Positions 10,890 to 21,958 of a stretch of 64,000 nt of DNA are shown one piece after another. Made by a program: the position numbers and the translations under genes. The stretch comes from an uncultured delta proteobacterium (lineage in GTDB: Bacteria; Desulfobacterota; WTBG01; CAIYCZ01; CAIRTM01). Location of the stretch: NCBI GenBank assembly GCA_963804955.1, contig CAWDSQ010000022.1:64001-128000 (forward strand). Direction: 5' to 3'. Within the stretch, counting starts at the first letter, position 1, and each line of letters opens with the position of its first letter. The notes beneath the pieces were generated by a model. It worked only from the letters and a program-made list of their open reading frames with translations, did no database searches and had not been told where the DNA came from.

Positions 10890-11765
10890 ATGGCTGCGAA
10901 AAAACCCGTAATTACGCTAAAATCAATTTTTTACACGGCAGTGTCGCTGGTCTGGATTTTCGGGCTTTCGGCCATAGGCCATATCATTATGGTACTGATT
11001 GAAAAGTACAACCCTGGCATCAAATACGATTTTGCCTGGGTCTGCGCCATCGTCGGCATCCTCGCGCTGTACTCGACACGGTGGATGAAAGGGGACGGCT
11101 GGCAGAGTTTTATCGGCTGCATGGCAGGCCTTTGTGTGTGGTTTGCCTGGGAGTACAGCCTTATGTACGGCGGCCATGACATGGGCGTCACCTATACCTG
11201 GAACGGCAGCTACCCCGAGTACCGCATGATGAAATGGACCTACATGATGCTGCTCATGGTGTTTCTGTATCTCCTGTTTCAGGAGAGCGTGCGCTGCAAC
11301 CTAATCTTTTATCTGCGGCGCAAGCTCCGGCTCATGCGGGGCGCTGTCGCAACGGGCAAGATAGACAATTACGGGCCCCGTACATTTTTTGAATATATCA
11401 TGATTACCTGGACCTTCTACGTGCTTCTGATGATCGGCTATGACGAGGTCCTGTTCGGCGCGTATTCCTGGTTTACCTATATGGTCTTTTTTGTATCGTT
11501 TTCCCTGTTCTTCTATCTTACATACAAGCTCCTGGGCTATGACCGGTTCGGCGCAAACCTGCGCTATGCCATACCCACGGTCACCATCCTGTGGAACGAT
11601 GTCGAGATACTGGCCAAGTGGAACATGCTCAAGGAGCCCTGGGTGCATATAAACTGGCCCATTATGTCGGTGATTATCGGCGGGTTTGCCGTATCGACCT
11701 ATCTGATTGTCAAGGACCTGCGCGGCCGCGGCACGGACATGATCGATTCAAAGGACATTCATTGA
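10890..11765 (+). CDS. Polytopic membrane protein of unknown function
   Basis: About 7-8 hydrophobic segments; AAGGAG RBS. Confidence 0.8.
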   Translation: MAAKKPVITLKSIFYTAVSLVWIFGLSAIGHIIMVLIEKYNPGIKYDFAWVCAIVGILALYSTRWMKGDGWQSFIGCMAGLCVWFAWEYSLMYGGHDMGVTYTWNGSYPEYRMMKWTYMMLLMVFLYLLFQESVRCNLIFYLRRKLRLMRGAVATGKIDNYGPRTFFEYIMITWTFYVLLMIGYDEVLFGAYSWFTYMVFFVSFSLFFYLTYKLLGYDRFGANLRYAIPTVTILWNDVEILAKWNMLKEPWVHINWPIMSVIIGGFAVSTYLIVKDLRGRGTDMIDSKDIH

Positions 11766-11836
11766 TCGTTATTGCGGATTGCAGATTTTTGATTACAAGA
11801 AAAGAGACAATTTTAAAATAAAGAGGAGATACAGCC

Positions 11837-12391
11837 ATGAAATATTCGCATCTTGGTCTTGCTTGTATGCTGGCACTGCTGATAGCGGCTCAGCCGGTTT
11901 TTGCTCAGGAACAATCGGGGAAGGAAAAGTACGAGGCAAGGCTTAAAAGCCTGTCAGAGCAATTTTTTGCCGCTCAAAAAGCGGGCAAGACCATCAAGGG
12001 CGTGATGGTTGAGGGCAACTCGCTGTTCAACGGCACAACGGAGCCGCAGAACAAGCCGTATGGCCAGCCCTATACCGATGCCGAGCGGAAAGTAGCCCTG
12101 AGAAGCGCCGAGCGCAACAGCAAGGTGTTCCTGCTGGCGAAGGACGGAACGCTCTATTACCCGACAGTGAAGAAGGGGGAGGCGGAATCGGAAAGCATGG
12201 GGGCATACCGCTTTGACCGGGTAATTACGGAGGAGCAGAAGAAGAAAAAAACACTTCCCTGGTGCACCCTCGTGCCCATGGTGGGAAGGGAGATAGAAGT
12301 GCTCGGCGAGGTCTATCCCGGCTGCGGCGGGGTCAAGGGGCTGTATATCGAGGCCCTTTGGTTTGAAGGGGACTATATTCCCGGTAAATAA
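11837..12391 (+). CDS. Exported hypothetical protein
   Basis: Signal peptide (…PVFA|QE); GAGGAG RBS. Confidence 0.75.
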   Translation: MKYSHLGLACMLALLIAAQPVFAQEQSGKEKYEARLKSLSEQFFAAQKAGKTIKGVMVEGNSLFNGTTEPQNKPYGQPYTDAERKVALRSAERNSKVFLLAKDGTLYYPTVKKGEAESESMGAYRFDRVITEEQKKKKTLPWCTLVPMVGREIEVLGEVYPGCGGVKGLYIEALWFEGDYIPGK

Positions 12392-12430
12392 TTAACGGGC
12401 AAATAACCGTTCACAGGCAAGGGGATCCGC

Positions 12431-12709
12431 GTGAAGAAGGCAACAGGCAGTATTGAAAAAAAGTACGGCATCAGGGCTGCGGTGTGCGCTGCGGCAGGCG
12501 CAGGCCCTGCCTGGCGTGAGCAAAAGCCGGTCTGGAACAGGACGAGTTGCTTTAAATGCGCCGTCTGCTACCTGAGTTGTCCTGACGCGGCCATCATGCA
12601 GGTTGATGACGGGTTCTATGACATGAAGCAGGATTTTTGCAAGGGCTGCGGCATCTGTAGCCGCGAATGCCCGAACGATGCGATAACCATGACCCCGGAC
12701 GTGAAATAA
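12431..12709 (+). CDS. porD: 2-oxoacid:ferredoxin oxidoreductase delta subunit-like 2[4Fe-4S] protein
   Basis: WREQKPVW..CFKCAVCYLSCPD..FCKGCGICSRECP. Confidence 0.75.
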   Translation: MKKATGSIEKKYGIRAAVCAAAGAGPAWREQKPVWNRTSCFKCAVCYLSCPDAAIMQVDDGFYDMKQDFCKGCGICSRECPNDAITMTPDVK

Positions 12710-12720
12710 CGAGTAAGCGC

Positions 12721-13584
12721 ATGGGAAAGGTAATGCAAACAATGGATCGTTTTTCAGTATTTGCGCCCAGGCTGCTGCCTGCGGCCGAGCCCTTTGTTGC
12801 AGCCATACGCTCATGTCCCGGCTGCGGACAGGCCCTGGCTGTGAGAATCATCGGCAAAGCCCTGGCTGATCATGGCCGGTATCCGTATGGCGGCGCCGAG
12901 CCCGCTGTCAAGGCCGGGGCTTTTCCCTATGCCGGCTGGCAAGCCTTCCCGCCGCGAAAAATGCAGCCCGCAGAGACACAAAGCGACCCGGCGCAGATAC
13001 TGGCAGTTGCAGGCGAGACAGGGGCTTTCGAGGACATGTTTTCCCTGCTCCAGGATGCAGCGCGCTCTGGCGGCAGGCTTTTTGTCATATGTTTTTTTAA
13101 CGAGGCGGGCATTGAGCGGCATGCAAGCCTGCCGGCGCCGAAGTACCGTAATGAAAGCATTAAAAGCTTTCATGAGCGGCTTGCCGGCATGTACAGGATT
13201 CTTGACAGGGTCAGCGCGTCGCAGCCCGACTTTATGGCGACAGCCTGCGCTTCCTACCCCTTTGACCTGATCGAAAAGGTGCACGGGGCTCTGGCAAGCA
13301 GGATAAGTTTCCTGGCAGTTCTGGCGACCTGCCCCACGGGCTGCCTCTATGATCCGTCACTCGCGCTGCGCTCGGGAAGGCTGGCTGTGCAGACAGGCTT
13401 TTTTCCGCTGTTTCAGAGAGCAGGCGGCAAGACGGTCATCACCGTAGAACCCCGTCCGCAGGCCGAGGTATCGGCGTACCTGGCCATGCAGCCGGCCTAC
13501 AGCGTCAGTCGCCGAAGAAACAGCCCGGGTGCAAAGCATGGTGAACAAGACTTTGAAAAAATTAAGACAGGCAATGGCTCGTGA
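12721..13584 (+). CDS. Degenerate 2-oxoacid:ferredoxin oxidoreductase beta subunit-like protein (3' end uncertain)
   Basis: SCPGCG, DLIEKV..AL, TCPTG and RLAVQTGFFPLF are conserved; the TPP motif GDG..N is replaced by AGETG...NEAG. Confidence 0.65.
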   Translation: MGKVMQTMDRFSVFAPRLLPAAEPFVAAIRSCPGCGQALAVRIIGKALADHGRYPYGGAEPAVKAGAFPYAGWQAFPPRKMQPAETQSDPAQILAVAGETGAFEDMFSLLQDAARSGGRLFVICFFNEAGIERHASLPAPKYRNESIKSFHERLAGMYRILDRVSASQPDFMATACASYPFDLIEKVHGALASRISFLAVLATCPTGCLYDPSLALRSGRLAVQTGFFPLFQRAGGKTVITVEPRPQAEVSAYLAMQPAYSVSRRRNSPGAKHGEQDFEKIKTGNGS

Positions 13585-14083
13585 GTGTGCGGGCAGGATA
13601 TATCTTCGACGGAGACCGCTGTGGAAGCAGAAGATAAAAAAGTTTTTGACCGGTATATCAAAAAACACGGCTCAGGCCGCACTGCTGTTATCGGTATTTT
13701 GCAGGACATCCAGCGCCGCCAGGGCTATGTGTCGCAGGAAGCAGCCCGGTACGTGAGCAGCAGCCTCGGCATACCCGTCCAGCCAGGTTTTTTCGGTTCT
13801 CACCTTTTACGGCGCGTTCAGCCTGACGCCGCAGGGCCGCAACCAGGTCCATGTGTGCCAGGGCACGGCATGTCACATCCGGGGCGGCGGGAAGGTGTCT
13901 GAACATATTGAGCGCACGCTGAAGATCCAGCCCGGCGACACGACGCGGGACGGTACATTCAGCCTGCACCGGGTTCGCTGCCTTGGCTGCTGCGCCCTGG
14001 CGCCGGTAGTTAAAGTCAACAGCGATATCTATGCCAATGTTTCACAGAATCAGCTTTCATCAATTCTGGAGCTTTATAAATGA
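13585..14083 (+). CDS. NuoE/HydC-like [2Fe-2S] subunit, indel near 13780
   Basis: ILQDIQRRQGY; VCQGTACH...RCLGCCALAPV. Confidence 0.85.
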
Positions 14084-15993
14084 TGGTGCGGACAAAAAGT
14101 GACCTTGTGAAGCTGAGAAAAACCGGCGAGCAATTGCTGTTCCCGCCTGTGCTGAGAATTACCGTGGGCCAGGCAACCTGCGGTATTGCCAGGGGCGCTG
14201 ACAAAGTATTCGCGGCCATCAAGAAGGAGCTTAAGAAGCAGAAGCTCGAGGCCGTGCTTGAGTCCGTGGGGTGCGGGGGCTGGTGCAGCAGGGAGCCCAT
14301 CGTTACCTTCCAGGTGCCGGGTCTTGCGAAGCTCACCCTTGGCGAAGTAACGGCCAGTGGATGTTCCCGACTTGATGCGGCAGATAAAGGCAGACTGATT
14401 CCCGCCGGCAAAGTGCTTTACCGCACCGATGCCGAGGAAAATATCATTGACGGCAGCACCAGAAATTATGGAACCGGCAAAGGCCGGGCATCTGCGGCAC
14501 TGGTCCCCGCGGCTGTCGTCCGTCCCGTTTATGAAGAAGCAGAAGCGCCTTGTGCTGCGCAACTGCGGTATTGTCGATCCCGGCAGTTTCGAGCAGTACT
14601 GCGGCCGGGGCGGGTTAAGCGCAGCCTATGCGGCGCTTGGCTCGCATGAAGCCCGACCAGGTGATCAGTGAGGTGATTCGATCCGGCCTCAGGGGCCGGG
14701 GTGGCGCGGGATTTCCAACGGGCGAGAAATGGCGGATTGCACGGCAGGCTCCGGGTAAAAAGAAGTATATAGTATGCAATGCCGACGAGGGCGACCCCGG
14801 CGCATATATGGACAGAAGCATTCTTGAAGGCGACCCCTTCAGCGTGCTTGAAGGTATGCTGATTGCCGCCTATGCAATCGGCGCATCGGAAGGGTTTGTG
14901 TATGTGCGCGATGAATATCCGCTTGCCGTGGAGCAGATGACCCGGGCTATCAGCACGGCCAGGAAACGGGGCATGCTCGGCAGGAATATTTTCGGCTCGG
15001 GCTTTAGCTTTTACGGTTCATGTGGAGCGCGGCGCAGGAGCATTTGTGTGCGGCGAAGAGACGGCTTTGATCGCTTCTCTTGAAGGACGCGCAGGCGAGC
15101 CGGAGCCCGGCCGCCTTATCCGGCGCAGCAGGGGCTGTGGGGCATGCCCACCTGCATTAATAATGTTGAAACCCTTGCAAATATTCCGGTCATTATCTGC
15201 CGCGGCGGCACGTGGTTTGCCCGCATGGGGACGGGGAAAAGCAGAGGCACAAAGATTTTCTCCCTTGTCGGTGCGGTTGAAAACGTGGGGCTTATTGAAG
15301 TGCCCATGGGCACGCGGCTTCGGGATATCATCTACGGGCTTAGGCGGGGGCGTCGGCCGGGGCAGGAAATTCAAGGCTGTCCAGACCGGAGGGCCGTCGG
15401 GCGGCTGTATCCCGGCACGGCTTCTTGACCTTCCCGTTGATTATGAAAGCCTGGCGGCGCCGGCTCTATCATGGGATCAGGGGGCATGATCGTCATGGAT
15501 GACAGGACCTGCATGGTCGACGTGGCAAAGTACTTCATGGCCTTTCTCAAAGACGAATCCTGCGGAAAATGCCTGCCCTGCAGGGAGGGAACGCGGGCCG
15601 TACATGAAATTCTTGAAAAAATAACAAGCGGCGCGGGGAAAATGGCAGGATATCGACCGGCTGAAGGATGTGTGTGAGGCAATGTCGGCGGCATCCCTGT
15701 GCGCTCTGGGAAGGACTGCGGCGCATCCGGTGCTGAGCACCCTGAAACATTTCAGACATGAGTATGAAGCCCACATAAAGAAACGCCGCTGTCCGGCAGG
15801 GGTTTGTACGAGCCTTATCAGGTTTGCCATAAGCACGAAAAAATGCATAGGGTGCGGCGCGTGCAAAAAAGCCTGTCCGGCGGGAGCTGTTTCGGGAAAA
15901 CCGAAGAAAGCCCATAGCATTCTACTATCAAAATGTATTGCCTGCAGGGCCTGCTTTGAAGCCTGCCCTGTTGAAGCAATTGAAATAAGGTGA
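14080..15993 (+). CDS. NuoF/HydB-like FMN/NAD-binding subunit with C-terminal 2[4Fe-4S] domain, several indels
   Basis: [65 protein letters not shown]...[12 protein letters not shown]. Confidence 0.88.
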
Positions 15994-15999
15994 ACCAGC

Positions 16000-16749
16000 A
16001 TGACGCACACTGAGATTATTCTTAACGGTAAAAAGGCAAAGATCAAACCCGGTGAAACCATCCTGAGTGTTGCGCGGCGGGAGGGCATACGCATTCCGAC
16101 CCTGTGCTCGCATGAAGCCCTTGCCCCCTACGGAGCATGCAGGCTGTGTATTGTCGAGGTTGAAACTGCCGGTAAAAAACAGATTCTCACCTCATGCACC
16201 ACGCTCGCACAGGCCGGCATGAAGGTGAAAACCCATACGGCACGAATTCAAAAGATCAGAGCGACCCTTGCAGGCCTGCTTCTTTCCCGCTCTCCTGAAG
16301 CGCCCGTTGTGCAGCAGCTTGCCCGCGATCTCGGTGTGAAGAAAGCGCCGTTTGTCCGGGAAAATGATCTGTGCATCATGTGCGGGCTGTGTGTGCGGAC
16401 ATGCCGTGAAGTTGTCGGCGCTGCGGCGCTGGGATTTACCCATAAGGGCTCAGAGCGCCAGGTCAGCGTGCCCTTTTACCGGGATTCACAGGAGTGCATC
16501 GGCTGCGGAACATGCGTTTTTGTCTGCCCCACCGGCGCTGTCAGGATGCTCGACGCAGAGAGCGACGATCACAAACCGGTGCGCATTATGGAAAACTGGG
16601 AAACGAAGCTACCGTTGCAGCAGTGCGCAGCCGATGGCCTGCCGTTTGCGCCAAAGCGCATGCTCGAGCATTTTGCCGAGCACTACCCGGTGCCAGAAGG
16701 GTTTCAAGACCAGTGCCCCGAGTGCCGGCGGGAAAATAAAAAAACGTAA
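16000..16749 (+). CDS. NuoG-N/HydA-N-like Fe-S subunit without a catalytic domain
   Basis: IPTLC...GACRLCIVE..TSC [2Fe-2S]; CIMCGLCVRTC and CIGCGTCVFVCP; only 249 aa. Confidence 0.85.
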   Translation: MTHTEIILNGKKAKIKPGETILSVARREGIRIPTLCSHEALAPYGACRLCIVEVETAGKKQILTSCTTLAQAGMKVKTHTARIQKIRATLAGLLLSRSPEAPVVQQLARDLGVKKAPFVRENDLCIMCGLCVRTCREVVGAAALGFTHKGSERQVSVPFYRDSQECIGCGTCVFVCPTGAVRMLDAESDDHKPVRIMENWETKLPLQQCAADGLPFAPKRMLEHFAEHYPVPEGFQDQCPECRRENKKT

Positions 16750-16893
16750 GTCGCCCGGCGGCAAAGCGCACCGGGCACGTGATGTTAAGGTGTGATGCAG
16801 CTGTGAGATTTTATTTTTTTGAATAGAGCAGGATTCTTGCGCGCAGCATGAAACAGCGCACAAAACTGAAATTTAGATGACAGGGAGGCATGT

Positions 16894-18382
16894 ATGGCAG
16901 GAGCAGTAGGTACGGTGAAAGATCTTGCAGGAAAAGTTGCGGACATTGTCGGAAGCGCCAGGGTTTTCACGGACGGGAATATGCTGTCCAGATTTGGACA
17001 GGACACAAGCCACGGCCCTGTAAAAAAGCCTGATCTGGTTGTTCAGGTTCTCACAACTGCCGAAGTTCAGGCAATCGTGAAACTTGCAAATGAATATAAA
17101 ATACCCGTAACCCCGCGGAGCTCAGGGGTTGGGATTTTATGGTGCCGGTATTCCTGAACAGGGCGGTATCGTTATTGATATGAGCCCCATGAATAAAGTT
17201 ACCCGCATAGATAAACAAAACAGGTGGGCTCTGTTTGAGGCAGGTGTTACCTACGGTGAATTGCAGGCAGAGCTTGCAAAGCAGGGCCTGACGGCAATGC
17301 TGCCCTTTGTGCCGCACAAGGACAAATCAGTCATAACAAGCCTGCTTGAGCGTGAGCCGAGAGTTACGCCGAAACACCATCTTGATGAAACCATCATGAC
17401 CATGGAAATGGTCATGCCCACAGGTGAACTTTTTCATACGGGTTCAATGGCGGTTTCCCCTGCCTCACCCGAGACCATTCCCGACGCGGTCCCCACGGAT
17501 TTGTGCAACTCCATGGGCCCGGGCCTTGACTGGTTCAGACTCATCCCCGGAAGCCTCGGCACCTTCGCGATTGTCACGGTGATGAATGTCAAGATAGGAT
17601 TGCTCCCCCATAAGCAGAAGATGCTTTTTTTCGGTTTTAAAAATATTCAGGAATGCGTTGAGCCCTTTTATCATATGCTGAGAAAGCTGATCGGCGATGA
17701 ATGCTTTCTGCTTAACAGCAGGTATATGGCAGCGCTCCTGGCGGAAACGCCCGAGGATATCGACCGGTTACAGGCCGTGCTGCCGGCCTATACGATCATG
17801 CTGAATCTGACCGCAGGCGAATGGTACACCGAGGAGAAGATGTCCTATCAGGAGAAGGCAGTTCACGATATGGCGCGGACATATCTGCTGAAACCGATGG
17901 AAACCCTGCCTAATGTTCCTGATGCGGAAAAAATTCTGGCAGGCTACCTGCGCAAGCCGTGGGAAAAAGAGGGGCACTGGAAATGGCAGGGAAAAGGCGC
18001 GTCAAAAGAGGTTTTCTTTTTAACAACCCTGCAGCGGGCGCCCGAGTTTTTGCAGATCATTCAGAATGCTGCCGTGGCAAACGGCTACCCGCTTTCCGCC
18101 ATGGGGCTGTATCTCCAGCCGAAACAGAATGGCCGGGCATTTCATATGGAGGTAAGCTTCCCGTATAATCCTGATGACCCTGCCGAGGTCACATGTGCTG
18201 AGGCCGTGTATCAGCAGGTGAGCGAAGCCCTGGTCGCTGCAGGCGCATTTTTTTACCGCGTCTACGGGCCGTGGGCAGAGCTTGTCTATTCGCGCACGGG
18301 CAACCTGCACCAGACCCTGAAGCGGATCAAAGGCGTTCTTGACCCCAACAATGTTCTGAATCCGGGGAAATTAGGATTTTAA
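16894..18382 (+). CDS. FAD-binding oxidoreductase (GlcD/PCMH-type), indel near 17130
   Basis: PVTPRSSG, EAGVTY, GSLGTFAIVT, C-terminal LDPNNVLNPGK. Confidence 0.85.
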
Positions 18383-18436
18383 TAGAATTGTAAGCATTCG
18401 TTTGCTGTGAACTTTAAGCAGAGTGAAAGGGAAAAT

Positions 18437-19736
18437 ATGGCACTTGAAAAAATAGAATATGATGCAGCGCATTGTCAAAGATGTTCAACCTGCAAATGGT
18501 CGCACCTGTGGGAGGTAAAGAGCCACAGGTTTGCAAGAAACTGCCCGTCGCTTGTGTACGGGAAGTTCGACTCCTATGCAGCGCAGGGCAAAAACGACAT
18601 TGTTACCGGACTATTGAAAGGTGAGCTCACCTGGGAAGCCAATAAAGACAAACTGCTTGAAATCATATATCGCTGCCCTGTTTGCGCGGCCTGTGATGTG
18701 AGCTGCAAGCGGGTCATGGACCTTGATATCATCGGCGTACTTGATGCCCTGCGGGAAGAGGCCTGTGAAAAGGGCTACGGGCCGCTGCCTGCCCACAAGG
18801 AGTTCATCCAGAGCATTATGAACTATGACAATGTGTGGAAGCAGCCGCGAACGCGGCGGGCCAACTGGGCAAAGAAGCTTGATATTAAAGATTTGTCCAA
18901 GGCGGGCGAAACGGCAGAGGTGCTCTACTATGTGGGCTGCACCTATGCCTATAAGCCGGGCATGGAGTCGGTTCCCATAAACACCGCAAAAATTCTCAAA
19001 AAAGCAGGGGTTGATTTCGGCATACTGGGCGCCAAGGAGGTCTGCTGCGGCGGTATTGCCGATAATGTGGGAGACAAGAAGAGCTTTGAGGAAATTGCAC
19101 AGAAAAACCTGGATATGTTCAAGGCAACAGGAGCTAAGACCATTGTTACCAACTGCCCCGGCTGCTTTATGGCATTTTCCGAGAAGTATGCAAAGCTGCA
19201 GAAGATAGACACAAAGGACCTGCCTTACAGGGTTATGCATTCAACGCAGTATATTGATGAGCTGATTCAGCAAGGCAAAATCAAGTTCAAAAAGCCCCTT
19301 GATATGCAGGTCACCTGGCATGATCCCTGCCATCTCGGAAGGCGCGGCGAGCCCTATACGCACTGGGAAGGCAAGCGCATTGCAGTACGGCCTGACCGAT
19401 CCGCCCCGGGTGATGAACAGGGGGGTGGATGGCGTCTATGAAGCTCCTCGCAATATACTCAAGGCGATTCCGGGCCTGAAGCTTGTCGAGATGGAGCGGA
19501 TCAGGGAATATTCATGGTGCTGCGGCAGCGGCGGCGGAGCAAAATCAGCCTATCCGGATTTTGCTCTGGCAACGGCAAAAGAGCGGATCGAAGAAGCTGA
19601 AGCCACCGGTGCAGGCACCATTGTGACCTCCTGCCCCTGGTGCGAGTCGAACCTGTCCGACGGCATTGACGCTGCGGGATCAAAGCTGAAGATTGACGAT
19701 GTTCTCAACCTTGTGATGAAGGCTTTGGAGGCATAG
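18437..19736 (+). CDS. Fe-S/CCG-domain protein (GlcF/HdrD-like), indel near 19385
   Basis: CQRCSTC, CPVCAACDVSC, YYVGC, EVCCGG, TWHDPCHLGR, WCCGSGGG, TSCPWC. Confidence 0.85.
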
Positions 19737-19819
19737 AGCAGCAGCCCGACTGCAGGCCAGCTGAAAGAATGTGCTCAATGAAAAAAGAAAAAATTACGCA
19801 GTTAACATAACAGGAGGAC

Positions 19820-21477
19820 ATGATGGCATTTACAGAAATTGCATATAAGGCTTTACAGCATATTGTCGGTGAAGAAAATGTAACAAACGATCCGGTGATA
19901 TGTCAGGCATATTCACGGGTGCAGTGGCTTCCCTCAGGCGTGATGCAGCGGGAGCGCTGCGGTTTGAACATGCGGCCCGCATGCGTTGTTATGCCGGGCT
20001 CTACGGAAGAGGTGCAGAATATCATACGGACCGCCAACCGCTATGCCTTCCCTTTTGTGCCGCGGGGCTCGGGCTTTACCTTCAGCGCTTTTCCCACGCA
20101 GGCAGGGAACCATCGTCATCGATCCCAAGCGGATGGACAAAATCATCGAGCTCAATGAAAAGGATATGTATGCAGTTATTGAGCCGTATGTTGCTTTTGT
20201 GCAGCTGCAGGCAGAGGCTATGAAGTACGGTCTGTACACGCCCACGCCGCTTGCGGGCAGCCAGGTATCATGCCTTGCAAACTACTCATGGCACGGCGCC
20301 TACGGCAACAGCTGGATTACGGGCATCGGCGCCCAGAACCTTTTGGGCTTTGAGCTTATTCTGCCCAGACGGCGAACTTGTGCGAAGCGGATCAATGGCC
20401 TGCCCGGGCGCCGGAGATTTCTGGAATGACGGGCCCGGACCGGATCTGCGCGGTTTTCTGCGGGGCGGCATGTTCGGCCATGCCGGCGGCATGGGCATGG
20501 TCACCAAAATATCCTGCAAATTATGGCAGTGGGCAGGGCCTGAAGTATTTCCTGCGACAGGCAATGCCAATATGAAATTCTCAAGCACCCTTGGTGAATT
20601 ATGGCGATGGTTCATGATAAAGTTTCCCCACAAATATCCTGAAGAAGAGGAATACGGCCTTAAAAAAGCAGCCGAGCTGTTCTATGAGATGGGCAGGGCT
20701 GAAATCGGCGAGGTGGCAACCCACCTGGCAAAGCAGTTTCTTTTAACCTATGCCTCGATTACCAAGCAGGATATCTGGGACAATATGAAAAACAATGTTT
20801 TTCCCCACGGCTACTGCGTTGTCGGGCTTCACGGAAAGACATCGATGGCCCAGCTTGATTATGAAGAAAGGGTTTTACGGGGCATTGTTGAAAAGGTCGG
20901 CGGTGTTTTCGTCAAAGACGATGAGCCGGCATATCAGGTCTGGATCAAGCGTGCTGCAAATGAATGGATACGCTTTGGCAATGCCCAGCGCTTGTCCCGG
21001 ACCTCGGACTGTTTCAGCATCGGCTCGTCAAATGTCGACTCAATCGATAAGATCGTCTATGAGATCATGGAATCAAATGCCGTTGAGCGGGATGTTCTGG
21101 AAAAAGAAGGGCTGGGGAAGGATTTTGTCCAGCCCCTGAGCATGCACGGCGGATGGATCAGCCCCCAGGAATACGGCTACTGGTGTCTGCACACAACCGA
21201 TGTTTTTCCGGACCAGGATCCGGCACAGTGCAATCAGGCCATTGAGATTATCGGACGGGTGTGCAAGAGCCAGTTTCAGCGGAACTCAGGCGCTGAGGCC
21301 ATTCATGTTCTGGGCCCTGCCTATGACATGTTCGGCCCTGCTCTTGGCAATATCCATCTTATTATGAAGGGCTTTAAACGGGAGTTTGATCCGGGCAATC
21401 TTTCAAATCCCGGCTATGCAACGCGGCCCGATGTCGTTTCTCCCGAAGAGCTTAAAAAGATGATGGGCGGCCACTGA
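19820..21477 (+). CDS. FAD-binding oxidoreductase (GlcD/PCMH-type), indels near 20105 and 20365
   Basis: VVMPGSTEEVQ, PRGSG, GPGPDLRG, GMGMVTK, FDPGNLSNPG. Confidence 0.82.
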
Positions 21478-21539
21478 TGTTTAGAGTCTTGGGTTTAGAA
21501 TAGGACGATACATCCAAAATATAAAGCAAATCTCTCAAA

Positions 21540-21671
21540 GGCTGTTCAAAAATGCTCAGATGCAAGGCGCGTGAAATCAGGCGGCATGAGGCGTACTTTT
21601 TTGTACGCCGCAGTGAAGCATGATGAGCGCAATCCCGCTCCAGCGGGACAGATGGGCGTTTTTCACCAGCC
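21540..21671. mobile_element. MITE-like non-autonomous element (~132 bp)
   Basis: Imperfect terminal inverted repeats GGCTGTTCAAAAATGCTCA ... TGGGCGTTTTTCACCAGCC; internal hairpin GGCGTAC-tttttt-GTACGCC; intergenic. Confidence 0.65.
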
Positions 21672-21707
21672 GGCTTGAGAACAACCGATCAGAGCGGAAA
21701 TAAGCGT

Positions 21708-21888
21708 ATGCAGATTGATGTTGATAAATGCGTAGGATGCGGCGGATGCGTGAATCTCTGCCCGCAGGCGGCAATCTATTTTTCCGATAACAAGGCGGTC
21801 ATTGACCAGTTCAACTGCACGGAGTGCCGCACCTGCGTTTTTGTATGCGGCATGGGAGCTCCGGGGGTCAGCTGCCGGTTTCCGCTGA
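21708..21888 (+). CDS. 2[4Fe-4S] ferredoxin (3' end uncertain)
   Basis: MQIDVDKCVGCGGCVNLCP...CTECRTCVFVC. Confidence 0.8.
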
Positions 21889-21958
21889 TGATCATGTTTA
21901 CCGGGGCGGCAGGCTGCGCCGGCGGAACAAAAACTCCTCAAATGCGCCGGAGATGTGC

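Noticed and set aside
13585..16749. [FeFe]-hydrogenase, formate dehydrogenase or complex I
   Set aside because: No H-cluster motifs, molybdopterin domain or membrane Nuo subunits are present.
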